Assembly (NCBI GenBank): GCA_038210685.1 | Contig: JBBQWJ010000001.1 | Span: 1 to 46,105, forward strand | Length of the DNA stretch: 46,105 nt | From: Chitinophagales bacterium | GTDB lineage: Bacteria; Bacteroidota; Bacteroidia; Chitinophagales; Chitinophagaceae | Direction of reading: 5' to 3' | Shown here: one piece after another, positions 10,659-20,034 of the stretch | How positions within the stretch are numbered: the first letter of the stretch is position 1 | Layout of the letters: every line of letters begins with the position of its first letter | Program-made: the position numbers and the translations under genes | Notes under the pieces: model-generated | What the model saw: only the letters and a program-made list of their open reading frames with translations | Told to the model about the DNA's origin: nothing | The model's database searches: none

Positions 10659-10829
10659 TTATTTAGAAAATTTTCTGATTAGCCAGAAAATAATTACCAG
10701 TACGATAACAACTATAACGATTCCAACCCACATACCTGCTTTAAAAATTGCGCCGATAGCTTCGCAACTGCTTACTGCGATAACCAGAAGCAGTAAAATT
10801 GGGAGAAAATGGCGGTTCATCTTATTCAT
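10659..10829 (-). CDS. Small membrane lipoprotein (56 aa; not in ORF track)
   Basis: Manual translation MNKMNRHFLPILLLLVIAVSSCEAIGAIFKAGMWVGIVIVVIVLVIIFWLIRKFSK; lipobox-like VSS|C plus one TM helix; A-rich leader. Confidence 0.8.
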   Translation of the reverse strand: MNKMNRHFLPILLLLVIAVSSCEAIGAIFKAGMWVGIVIVVIVLVIIFWLIRKFSK

Positions 10830-11312
10830 AAATTTTTTGGTTTTAGATTTTTTTGATAGCGTTTCGTGTTATGATTTTGATTTTTTGTTATTCTGAAACA
10901 TCCTGTTTCTTTTCAATTTTTCCTGGCCTTTTCCGGCTTGCCACGTGAGTTTGAAATTCCTTTTTTCCCTTCACATTTTTATATTTTATAAAAAAAACCA
11001 GAGTAATATTTAAATAATTATCGCTCAAAATATTATGCCAATTATTGTTTTTGGCTGATTTAAAAAAAGTAAATGAAGAGGGTTGTTGTTTTTAAGAAAC
11101 AAAATGATTTTAAAAAATCAAGAAATCTTCCTCAGTGTGGGCAAAAATTTACTCAGGGATAGAAACACCGTTTAAAGGGCGTGATTTAAGAAGTCGCTAA
11201 AACCCAATGTTGAAAAGGGTTTTAGAAGAAAAGCCTTTGTCTGTTTTTTCTTGGCAATATATTTTGTCTTTATAGATCAAACAATATTTTTTAAAATTTA
11301 AACTTACAAATC

Positions 11313-11633
11313 ATGGGCGCAGGAAAAGTATTCGCGAGTGTTTTAGCAGGTGCCGCAGCCGGTGCAGTATTAGGAATTTTATTTGCACCCGATAAGGGCA
11401 CAGAAACAAGGCGTAAAATAGCAGAAAAAGGATCTGACTTTGCAGGTTCAGTTAAGGACACATACAGTGATATTTCTGATACAGTTTCAGAAAAGTATGA
11501 TACAGCAAAGCAAAAGTTAACAGATCTTGTTTCTGAAGGTAAAGACCTTGGAAAAGACATGGTGAACCAGGCAAAAGAAAAAGCAAACGCAATGAAGAAT
11601 GACGTTAGAAATCCTAACCCAATGAACTCTTAA
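11313..11633 (+). CDS. YtxH domain protein
   Basis: GAAAGAVLGILFAPDKGTETRRKI motif. Confidence 0.92.
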   Translation: MGAGKVFASVLAGAAAGAVLGILFAPDKGTETRRKIAEKGSDFAGSVKDTYSDISDTVSEKYDTAKQKLTDLVSEGKDLGKDMVNQAKEKANAMKNDVRNPNPMNS

Positions 11634-11691
11634 AAGCGTTTATTTTTAATTGGTTTTAAAGGGCAATCTGTCCGGTGATAAAATAAAGAAT

Positions 11692-12033
11692 ATGGAAAAC
11701 GACCCTACTGCGGTAGAAGAACTGTTTTATAAATTGAAGGAATATGGAGAAACTACTGTTGATCTGCTTAAATTAAAAGCCATCAATAAGGTTTCAGGTT
11801 TTACTTCCAATTTAATTGTTTCAATTATTTTAATAGTCCTTTTATTCCTAATATTGATATGTGTTAGTATAGGCTTTGCTCTACTCATTGGAGTATGGCT
11901 GGGAAACGCTTATTGGGGATTTTTTATCATATCAGCACTTTATATTATCATCGGACTTGCTTTATTTGCAAGCCGTAAGAAAATTCTGAAAGAACCAATT
12001 AGTAACATGTTCATCAAAGAATTAATTGATTAA
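11692..12033 (+). CDS. Two-TM membrane protein (phage-holin-like/YqjE-type family)
   Basis: Short N-terminal helix, two TM segments and a basic tail; follows the YtxH gene; ATG at 11692. Confidence 0.7.
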   Translation: MENDPTAVEELFYKLKEYGETTVDLLKLKAINKVSGFTSNLIVSIILIVLLFLILICVSIGFALLIGVWLGNAYWGFFIISALYIIIGLALFASRKKILKEPISNMFIKELID

Positions 12034-12045
12034 ATTTTAGGGAAA

Positions 12046-12459
12046 ATGGAAAATGGTGAAACAGCTGAGGAAAAACTGGAAAGTATTGCAAATACTACTG
12101 ATTTGGCTACCGCTATCAAAAGACTGGAAAGAAGAAAAGCGGTGTTGGAAGAAGATTTGAAAGACAAATTTCATGTTTTAACAGAAGACCTGAAACCAAA
12201 AAATATTTTAAAAAATACGATTCATGAATTCCAGGAATCCACGGATCTAAAACATAATTTATTAAAGGTAGCTCTGGGACTGGGAGCAGGCTATTTTTCA
12301 CGTAAGCTCCTCGTAAATAAATCAGCTGGGTTTATAAAAAAAGCACTTGGCACAGCAGTTCAATACGGGATTACCAATTTCGTAGCTAAGAATGACTACG
12401 AAGACTCCCCTGGCCATCCCAAAAAGAAAAATCTTTTCAGGCGGATATTATCCATTTAG
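12046..12459 (+). CDS. Hypothetical protein
   Basis: 137-aa ORF co-oriented with the YtxH/holin-like genes; coiled coil plus Gly-rich hydrophobic segment. Confidence 0.7.
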   Translation: MENGETAEEKLESIANTTDLATAIKRLERRKAVLEEDLKDKFHVLTEDLKPKNILKNTIHEFQESTDLKHNLLKVALGLGAGYFSRKLLVNKSAGFIKKALGTAVQYGITNFVAKNDYEDSPGHPKKKNLFRRILSI

Positions 12460-12862
12460 GACTTCCTAATAATTGATTTAATCCTTCCTGATTACTACCA
12501 AAACTGTTATTCATTTTCATTATCTTTCTTTTTCAATTAATCACCGCAAACTATTTCTAAAAATGGAAAATGATGCTGTGGTAATGCAGGCAACCTTTTA
12601 ATTCTTCTGAACACAATGGCAGAAGACATTAATGGATAAGGCTAGATATAAAAAAATGGTATTTAGATTTTACCGCATGTAAGCTGGAAATGGAGTTTCA
12701 GCTTCAATTTGAGGGAGAAACAGATACTATAAACATCTTTGTGAAATAATTGAAATAATACCTGGATAAAAATGTCACATACCTGGAAGTATGAAGGCTA
12801 TCAGGGAATTCTTGAAAAAGAATCGTAGCTTTTTAAAATTATTTTTTCTGAAAAACATCATT

Positions 12863-13858
12863 TTGAAAAAAATCTTTCTCGCAGTCTGTCTTTGCCTTCT
12901 GTATCAAAATATTTTTTGTCAACAAATCAGCATATGTGCAGACAGCATTCCATCTTCCTTCCGTGGGCTAAGCGTTGTGAGTAATAGTCTGCTGTGGGTT
13001 AGTGGAAGTAATGGCACTATCGGAAGAAGTACCGATTCAGGAAAGAATTGGAAATGGATGAAAGTAAAGGGATTTGAAAAAACCGATTTCAGGGACATTG
13101 AAGCATTTGATGAAAAGACGGCAGTTATTATGGGCGTAGATGAGCCGGCCTATATTTTAAGAACAACCGATGGCGGTGATACCTGGAAGGTGGCCTATAA
13201 AAACGATAGCAAAGGAATGTTTTTAGATGCAATTGATTTTTGGGATAAGGAAAACGGAATTGTAGTTGGCGATCCGGTAAATGGGCGCTTTTTTATTGCA
13301 AGAACTTTTGATGGCGGAAAAACGTGGCAGAATATTCCGGAAGAAAATAAACCCATTACAGATAGCGGTGAAGCATGCTTTGCAGCAAGCGGCACCAATG
13401 TAAGAGAACTAAATAAATCAGAACCTGTTATTATTTCAGGAGGTTTAACTTCCCACATTTTTATAAGTGATAAAAAAATATTGCTTCCTATTTTGCAGGG
13501 AAAAGAATCAACCGGCGCCAATTCTATTGCTGTAAAAAACAGTAAAACGATAATCGTTGTAGGAGGAGATTTTTTAGAAAAAGAGTCCAAAAAAGGGAAT
13601 TGTGCGTTGTCGGTAGATGGTGGGAATAGCTGGATGCAGCCACAAACGCCACCTTCTGGCTACAGAAGTTGTGTTGAATATTTATCCAAAGATAAATGGA
13701 TCACCTGTGGTTTAAATGGCGTTGATATTTCAAATGATAATGGAATGAATTGGAAAAAAATAAGCGATCAAAGTTTTAATGTTTGTCGCAAGGCAAAAAA
13801 AGGAAGTGCTGTTTATTTCGCTGGGGCAGGAGGGAGGATTGGAAAATTTGAACAGTAA
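12863..13858 (+). CDS. YCF48/BNR-repeat beta-propeller protein (exported)
   Basis: Repeated Asp-boxes (STDSGKNW, TTDGGDTW, TFDGGKTW, SVDGGNSW); a TTG start at 12863 gives a signal peptide (track start 12791). Confidence 0.85.
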   Translation: MKKIFLAVCLCLLYQNIFCQQISICADSIPSSFRGLSVVSNSLLWVSGSNGTIGRSTDSGKNWKWMKVKGFEKTDFRDIEAFDEKTAVIMGVDEPAYILRTTDGGDTWKVAYKNDSKGMFLDAIDFWDKENGIVVGDPVNGRFFIARTFDGGKTWQNIPEENKPITDSGEACFAASGTNVRELNKSEPVIISGGLTSHIFISDKKILLPILQGKESTGANSIAVKNSKTIIVVGGDFLEKESKKGNCALSVDGGNSWMQPQTPPSGYRSCVEYLSKDKWITCGLNGVDISNDNGMNWKKISDQSFNVCRKAKKGSAVYFAGAGGRIGKFEQ

Positions 13859-13902
13859 ACGAACAAAATAGCTGGATTTTTATTTGATTTATAGATTCCT
13901 TT

Positions 13903-16023
13903 TCACACGGCAATGAGGTTAGTTAATTTACCGATATCAGCAATTAATTTTTGAATAAAATCAAGCTGAATGAGCCATTGTTTGTCAGAATTTTTGTCAA
14001 ATGAAATCGGAAGATTTAAGTTGGCCGGATTTTTTTCCGTAGCATAATGGATGTCCAGTTTTTGCAGACTTTGTTGCAAACAATAAATAGAAGATTCTAC
14101 TGTATTCATTAATTGTTTATAGGTAACCGTTTGATGTTGCATCATTTCAGAAGTAAGGCTCGCCACGTTTGAGGACAATAGGTTGTTCAAAACCACAAAC
14201 TCATAAATTTCATTTTTATGCTTTTGTTTACTTTTTGGTTCGCTTTGCATACGGTGCAATGCGGCTGCAAGGTTTGCCGTACTTACAAATAATTCTTTAC
14301 GCACCACCTTATAATCTAATGTCGATATTTTATTCCCCATAAAAAGGTCTCTTAGTTTCTCCAGGTAATGAATATTGGCTTTTAAAACATTGGCCATATA
14401 CGTCTGCAATTGCGATGATTCCCACAGTGGGAATAAAAAATAACTTGCCAAAGCCGCCAGCCCTGATCCAATCGCGGTATCTAACAGTCTTTCTCCTGCA
14501 ACATTTAAAGCGCCAAGCCCCAAAAAATGGAAAAGAATCAAAACGTATGGCGTAAGAAAGATTACCATTAGTATATAATTCAAGGTTTTGTAAGTGTATG
14601 TGCCCAGCATAAAAAACACAAGAAGACTGAAGAGAATCACTTTATCGTGAATAAAATAAAGCAAGAGTAATCCGAGAATTCCACCGCCAATCGTTCCTAA
14701 AAGCCTGTCTCTGTTTTTTTGTTTCGTGAGGCTGAAGGCGGGTTTTAAAATAATAATAATGGTCATTAAAATCCAATAACTGTGGTGGCCATGCAGGAAG
14801 AGTTTGGAAATAATAAACCCAACGCCACATGTGATCATTACCCGCAATGAATGCCTGAAAATTGAAGATTCGAAGGTGAGGTTATTTTTTAAAACTTTCC
14901 AACTGATACTTTGTTGCGTAACAAACGGGGAATATTCTTTCCGCGTTCTGATTTTTCTTTTTATAGAAATATCCTCGTTGAAGTATTCTAAAATGCCGTC
15001 AATTTTTTTGCTGAGATTCCAAAGATTTGCCAGTACTTTTTGGAGCATGAAAGCATTTTTGCTTTTAGAAATCTCATCTATTTTTTTCTTTAATGAATTT
15101 AATTCGTTTTCAAGATCATACTCTTTTTTGTAAGAACTATTCGACTGAATGGCTTCACCAATATTATTTAATTCAGCAGCAAGATTTTTTATTATCAATG
15201 AAACTTCCTGCAAAATTCCCGTATCAGCATATTCTTTTCTCAGATCTTCATAATCATAACCGGTCGCCATTATCTGTTCAAATAAGTCTACAGTATCAAC
15301 GAAAGTTAATACCAACAGGCGTCCTGTGCGTGTGGATTCTTTTAATAAAGCGCGGTTTTTAAATAGCAATTCCCTGGCATCGTCCTGGCTTGTGTTGACG
15401 GCGACCTGTTGTTCAAGCAACTTGTAATATTGTTGTTGAATGTCTGAATTGATATCATACAATTCGGCTTTTATCAATAAATATTTTGCAGTCTCTCTCA
15501 GGCATTCTCCAATGGAACGTTGCACAGGACGATAAGGAGTGAGCCGGAAAAACAACAACGCAAGCAGCATATACCAAACACCTCCGCTCAGGATTAGTAA
15601 ACTTTCTGTCAAGACCTTCGCAGGTGGGATCACCTGTGTCATTTGAAGGATCATGATGAGCAAGGCTGCAAATCCTATGGAAGTAGCGCGGTTTCCAAAT
15701 ACAGAAAACATCGTAAAGATGAATGCTGCTAATAGAATAAGAATACCTAATGTAACGGGGTTTTGATTGAGAAACCCGGTTAATAAAGCGCTGATAAAAA
15801 CGAAAAGATTACAAAAAATCATCCCGTTTCTTTTATGCACTACTGGCCCGGGCCCGTCACTAATGCTTACGCATAATGCGCCTAAAGATAGCGCCAGACC
15901 CGTTTCCAGATCTCCTAAATAGGAAAAAAACACCGCCGGAATTATTATTTCTAAAGTGATGCGAACGCCATCAGAAAAATATTGGCTGAAAAGAAAATAT
16001 CGTATTTGCTGGGATCTTTCCAT
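13903..16023 (-). CDS. FUSC/YccS-YhfK family membrane transporter
   Basis: FRHSLR, HSYWILMTIIIILKP and RLLGTIGG motifs; two TM blocks. Confidence 0.88.
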   Translation of the reverse strand: MERSQQIRYFLFSQYFSDGVRITLEIIIPAVFFSYLGDLETGLALSLGALCVSISDGPGPVVHKRNGMIFCNLFVFISALLTGFLNQNPVTLGILILLAAFIFTMFSVFGNRATSIGFAALLIMILQMTQVIPPAKVLTESLLILSGGVWYMLLALLFFRLTPYRPVQRSIGECLRETAKYLLIKAELYDINSDIQQQYYKLLEQQVAVNTSQDDARELLFKNRALLKESTRTGRLLVLTFVDTVDLFEQIMATGYDYEDLRKEYADTGILQEVSLIIKNLAAELNNIGEAIQSNSSYKKEYDLENELNSLKKKIDEISKSKNAFMLQKVLANLWNLSKKIDGILEYFNEDISIKRKIRTRKEYSPFVTQQSISWKVLKNNLTFESSIFRHSLRVMITCGVGFIISKLFLHGHHSYWILMTIIIILKPAFSLTKQKNRDRLLGTIGGGILGLLLLYFIHDKVILFSLLVFFMLGTYTYKTLNYILMVIFLTPYVLILFHFLGLGALNVAGERLLDTAIGSGLAALASYFLFPLWESSQLQTYMANVLKANIHYLEKLRDLFMGNKISTLDYKVVRKELFVSTANLAAALHRMQSEPKSKQKHKNEIYEFVVLNNLLSSNVASLTSEMMQHQTVTYKQLMNTVESSIYCLQQSLQKLDIHYATEKNPANLNLPISFDKNSDKQWLIQLDFIQKLIADIGKLTNLIAV

Positions 16024-16173
16024 GAATTATTAGATCACAAAGAAAGATAAATTTTGGTTGTTTTATTTTGTGAAATGCTTAAATAATAAAAGGATTGTGT
16101 TTGGCTCAAGTTTATGCTAAACAAAAAAGAGAAATCCCCATTATTTCTTTGTTTACTCCACTTCAATAAAAAA

Positions 16174-17577
16174 TCAATTCAACACATTCGCTTCTTTTTC
16201 AGTTTCTATACTTTTTTGCTCTTTTATTTTATCCCAGCCACCCATAACATTCCTTAGGTTGTGGTATCCTTGCCTTTTTAAAAGTGAAGCAGCTATAACG
16301 CTCCTGTAGCCTGCGCCGCATTGTATATAGATATTCTGATCTTCTTCAAGTTGGGCGATCTGGGCAACATCTGCCATGTCAGCAAGTGGTATATTAACTG
16401 CGCCTTTTACGTGGCCATCTGCAAATTCATTGAACTTTCTAACATCCAATACAACTAAACGGTCATCAAAAGGAATATCCATTGCCAGCTCATCAGCTTC
16501 CACATTTATGATCAGATCAATTTTTTCTCCTGCCTTTTTCCAGGTATCAAATCCGCCTCTTAAATAGCCTTCTATATTTTCAAAACCAACTCGCGCCAGT
16601 CTTACCACAACTTCTTCTTCTTTTCCTTTATCACTGATAAAAAGAATAGGCTTATCAAACGGCAACAAACTTCCCGCCCATTCCGCAAACCTTCCGTCAA
16701 GACCTATAAAGACAGAACCCGGAATAAAGCCATTTGAAAAATCTTCAGCTTCTCTTGTGTCAAGAATGACAGCATCGTTTTGAATTTGATTTTTAAATTC
16801 TTTTATAGAAAGCTCATGCAGCCCTTTCGATTTTATTTCGTTCAGGTTCGAATAACCTTCTTTATTGATTCTGGCATTGATCGGGAAATACGGTGGGGGA
16901 TCAGCCAGGTCTTTCGTTACGGCTTCAATAAATTCCTCTCTTGTCTGGGGCAGCATGGCATAATTCGTTTGCTTTTCAGTTCCAAGTGTACTTTGCTTTT
17001 CAGGACCAAGATTTTTTCCACAGCTGCTTCCGGGTCCATGGGCCGGATAAACGATAAGGTCGTCCGGCAAAGGCATTAGTTTGTTTTGAATAGAATCATA
17101 CATAATTGAAGCCAGCTCTTCTTTGGAAAGATTGCCGCTGCTCAGATCAGGACGGCCAACATCGCCTACAAATAAAGTATCGCCGGTAAAAAGGGAATAT
17201 GGTTTTCCCGTTTCGTTTTTTAAAAGATAGCAGGTAGATTCTAAAGTGTGTCCGGGCGTATGAATGGCTTGCAAAGTAAGATTGCCAATTTTAAACTCTT
17301 CGCCATCATTGGCAAGATGAAATTTAAAATTGGCTTTTGTATTTGGCCCGTAAATAATAGTGGCACCGGTTTGTTTGGCCAGATCTAAATGACCGCTTAT
17401 AAAATCAGCATGGAAATGCGTTTCAAAAATATATTTAATGGAAGCATTGTGTTCTTTTGCTATTTGCAGATAAGATTCGGTATCTCTTATCGGGTCAATT
17501 ACTGCCGCTTCGCCATTGCTCTCAACAAAATAAGAGGCTTCACTCAGGCAGCCAGTATAAATTTGTTCTATGTACAT
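16174..17577 (-). CDS. MBL-fold persulfide dioxygenase-rhodanese fusion (CstB-like)
   Basis: ETHFHADF, HTPGHT, TGDTLF and PAHGPGSSCG motifs; C-terminal rhodanese loop CGAGYRS. Confidence 0.88.
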   Translation of the reverse strand: MYIEQIYTGCLSEASYFVESNGEAAVIDPIRDTESYLQIAKEHNASIKYIFETHFHADFISGHLDLAKQTGATIIYGPNTKANFKFHLANDGEEFKIGNLTLQAIHTPGHTLESTCYLLKNETGKPYSLFTGDTLFVGDVGRPDLSSGNLSKEELASIMYDSIQNKLMPLPDDLIVYPAHGPGSSCGKNLGPEKQSTLGTEKQTNYAMLPQTREEFIEAVTKDLADPPPYFPINARINKEGYSNLNEIKSKGLHELSIKEFKNQIQNDAVILDTREAEDFSNGFIPGSVFIGLDGRFAEWAGSLLPFDKPILFISDKGKEEEVVVRLARVGFENIEGYLRGGFDTWKKAGEKIDLIINVEADELAMDIPFDDRLVVLDVRKFNEFADGHVKGAVNIPLADMADVAQIAQLEEDQNIYIQCGAGYRSVIAASLLKRQGYHNLRNVMGGWDKIKEQKSIETEKEANVLN

Positions 17578-17683
17578 AAGTTCAGGTTTAGAAATAAAAT
17601 AGCCATATTTATTTAAAGTTCATAAATATGGCCGGAAATTTCTTGTAAAAACTCAATAATCTCTTTCAGAAAATTATTGGTTT

Positions 17684-18037
17684 TTATCCAACAAGTTCTT
17701 TAACAAACTTATTGATATCTGCGATACGATCTTCATTGATAGTATAAAAAATGAATTTTCCTTCGCGCACTGTATTTACAATCTCAGCTTTACGTAAAAT
17801 AGCGAGATGTTGTGAAGCCACAGATTGCTCAAGGCGTAATTTTACATAAAGTTCAGTAACAGTAATTCTTTTGTGTTCGTCAATTGTTTTAAGAATTAGT
17901 TGCCTTAGTTTATGATTTAGGGCTCTTAAAACAAGAGCGGCTTTTTTGATTTTTAGGAAATCCATGTTTTTCAGAGCATCACTTTCGTTAGTGTGCTCCA
18001 GTCGACTTGTTTCGTGACTTTGAGCTGTGAGTGTCAT
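17684..18037 (-). CDS. ArsR/SmtB family transcriptional regulator
   Basis: LRALNHKLR...EQSVASQHLAILR...REGKFIFY winged HTH. Confidence 0.9.
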   Translation of the reverse strand: MTLTAQSHETSRLEHTNESDALKNMDFLKIKKAALVLRALNHKLRQLILKTIDEHKRITVTELYVKLRLEQSVASQHLAILRKAEIVNTVREGKFIFYTINEDRIADINKFVKELVG

Positions 18038-18095
18038 TCTAATTAGGTTTTAATGATAATTAATGTTTTTCAAAAAGAATTCAAATTTTCAATAG

Positions 18096-18103
18096 CAAAG
18101 GTA
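18096..18103 (-). promoter_or_regulatory. -7 promoter box (TACCTTTG)
   Basis: TAnnTTTG match upstream of the ArsR-family gene. Confidence 0.6.
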
Positions 18104-18154
18104 CGTATTGTAAATAGATATAGTTTGTAACGAAATATTAAAATAATTATCCTT

Positions 18155-18844
18155 TTAGCCAATTTTTGCAGGTGTATAAAATTCTTTAACGTATAAAGGC
18201 TTAGCGCTTATTAGGTTTTCAAAATCTTTGTTTTGAAATTTTTTCCAGCCAAATTTTGCTAAGGAGGTAGAAGATATCTCCGATAAAATATAATTCAGAT
18301 TACCAGATTGGGGTACTGCTAATTTTTTAAATTTTTCCGCACCGCTTCCGAAGTAAAAGAAAGTATGTTTTTCTACCAGATCTTTAAAGCTATTTTCTTC
18401 TAAAACTATTGCTGCTGGCGGATTTATTTCATTTAATTCATAGTCATAAACCGCAGTAAAAACTTCCATCCTTCGCGCATCTATCATTGGGCAAAAGAGC
18501 GCATTTCTATCAAAATCCGGAAAATTTTCAATCGCGGAAAAGGCCATTAGTTCTAAGGTGTTAAACATAATCATGGGGATTTTTAAAGAGAAACACAATC
18601 CTTTTGCGGTAGCCAATCCTACTCTTATCCCAGTGTAAGAACCAGGCCCCCCGGATACGCCAATCGCTTTAATATCGCTTATGGCAATGTCATTATTCTG
18701 TAAAATTTTTTTAATTGCTATATGTAAAAAAGAAGCGTGTTCTTTCGGTTCGGTATTAATTGAAGTGTCTAAAACCTGGTCTTCATTACAAATATTTACA
18801 ATTGCCTTTTCTGCTGTGGTGTGAATATGTAAGATATAATTCAT
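18155..18844 (-). CDS. tsaB: tRNA t6A biosynthesis protein TsaB
   Basis: GPGSYTGIRVG and PMIDARRMEVF motifs. Confidence 0.93.
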   Translation of the reverse strand: MNYILHIHTTAEKAIVNICNEDQVLDTSINTEPKEHASFLHIAIKKILQNNDIAISDIKAIGVSGGPGSYTGIRVGLATAKGLCFSLKIPMIMFNTLELMAFSAIENFPDFDRNALFCPMIDARRMEVFTAVYDYELNEINPPAAIVLEENSFKDLVEKHTFFYFGSGAEKFKKLAVPQSGNLNYILSEISSTSLAKFGWKKFQNKDFENLISAKPLYVKEFYTPAKIG

Positions 18845-19479
18845 TGATCAACTCTTTCTATTATGTCTAAATATAATTTTTTTAATGCCGGCGCGGGCAA
18901 ATAGCGGTCTTCTTTTTCAGTTAATTTTTCCAATAAACAATAGATGTTTTCTATGCCGATTTTTTCCGCCCATTCAAATGGACCATTAGGATAATTAGTT
19001 CCGAGTTTCATGGCCATATCAATTTCTTCTATGGTACTTATCTTTTCACCAAAGGCAAAAAAAGCCTCATTTACGATCATGCTGATCACTCTTGCAGATA
19101 CAAAACCCGGCTCATCTTTTACAATAATTACTTTTCGGTTGAGTGAAGCAAAAATGGGTTCATGGTTTTCCTGATTATTAGTGGCTACTTCCCATAGCGG
19201 CCTTTCCAAAAAACCGGGCCATCCGTTAAGCCTGCTTACATTCTCGGGAAAACCCGATTCGGATAAAGTGTCAATTACCTGGTTCACATATACGGGCTTT
19301 CCTTTAAACCTTTCAAAATTGATTTCCTTATTACCTGAAAGAAGAAAAAATGCGTCAAAATCTTTTGAATCATCCAGATCAGTAATTTCCGAAACAAAAG
19401 TTACTGATACATGCTCAGGAGCAGGTATCGATACTATTTCCTTCTTCTGTTCTTCCTTACCAAGAATAAAAATATTCAT
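18841..19479 (-). CDS. 3-hydroxyacyl-CoA dehydrogenase C-terminal-domain protein with degenerate N-terminus
   Basis: DEPGFVSARVISMIVNEA, IDMAMKLGTNYPNGPFEW motifs; no GxGxxG motif. Confidence 0.8.
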   Translation of the reverse strand: MNIFILGKEEQKKEIVSIPAPEHVSVTFVSEITDLDDSKDFDAFFLLSGNKEINFERFKGKPVYVNQVIDTLSESGFPENVSRLNGWPGFLERPLWEVATNNQENHEPIFASLNRKVIIVKDEPGFVSARVISMIVNEAFFAFGEKISTIEEIDMAMKLGTNYPNGPFEWAEKIGIENIYCLLEKLTEKEDRYLPAPALKKLYLDIIERVDQ

Positions 19480-19558
19480 ACTGTATTTTTTGCAAAAATA
19501 GGTTTGTTAGTTGAGGGAAAGTTTTGCAACTTTAAACTCTTTTCAAAAAAAATAAAAT

Positions 19559-19942
19559 ATGAGCAAAACGATCGTTAAAACTACAAAAGCACCAGAGCCG
19601 ATTGGTCCGTATAGCCAGGCAGTAAAAGCAGGAGGATTTTTATTTTTATCAGGCCAGGTAGCATTGATACCAGGCACTTCCCAATTAAGTACCGATAATA
19701 TTACCAATGAAACGATGCAGGTGATGGAGAATTTAAAAGCCGTGCTGCAAGAAGCGGAATTAGATTTTAGCCATGTGGTAAAAACCACTATTTTCTTAAA
19801 AGAAATGAGTTCTTTTACAGAAGTGAATGCAGAATATGGTAAATATTTTGATAAAGATTTTCCGGCAAGAGAAACAGTTGCTGTGAAAACGTTGCCTAAA
19901 GATGTAAACGTGGAAATTAGCATGATTGCATTTGCAGACTGA
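19559..19942 (+). CDS. ridA: RidA/YjgF enamine-imine deaminase
   Basis: APEPIGPYSQA, FLSGQ, PARETV and VEI motifs. Confidence 0.92.
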   Translation: MSKTIVKTTKAPEPIGPYSQAVKAGGFLFLSGQVALIPGTSQLSTDNITNETMQVMENLKAVLQEAELDFSHVVKTTIFLKEMSSFTEVNAEYGKYFDKDFPARETVAVKTLPKDVNVEISMIAFAD

Positions 19943-20034
19943 CAGTAAACCGACATATTTTTAATAAAGTTATTTTTACAAATGGGGATGAATTTTGGTA
20001 ACGAAAATTTCAAAAGAATTATAAAAAATAAAAT

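Noticed and set aside
10633-10896. 87-aa plus-strand ORF in the track
   Set aside because: Antisense shadow of the better-supported 56-aa lipoprotein gene
11692-12033. Prophage inferred from the holin-like gene
   Set aside because: No other phage genes nearby; this family is a normal YtxH neighbour
12563-12749. Possible decayed gene (ATG at 12563 with several broken frames)
   Set aside because: Multiple stops and no recognisable homology; a pseudogene call cannot be supported without a search
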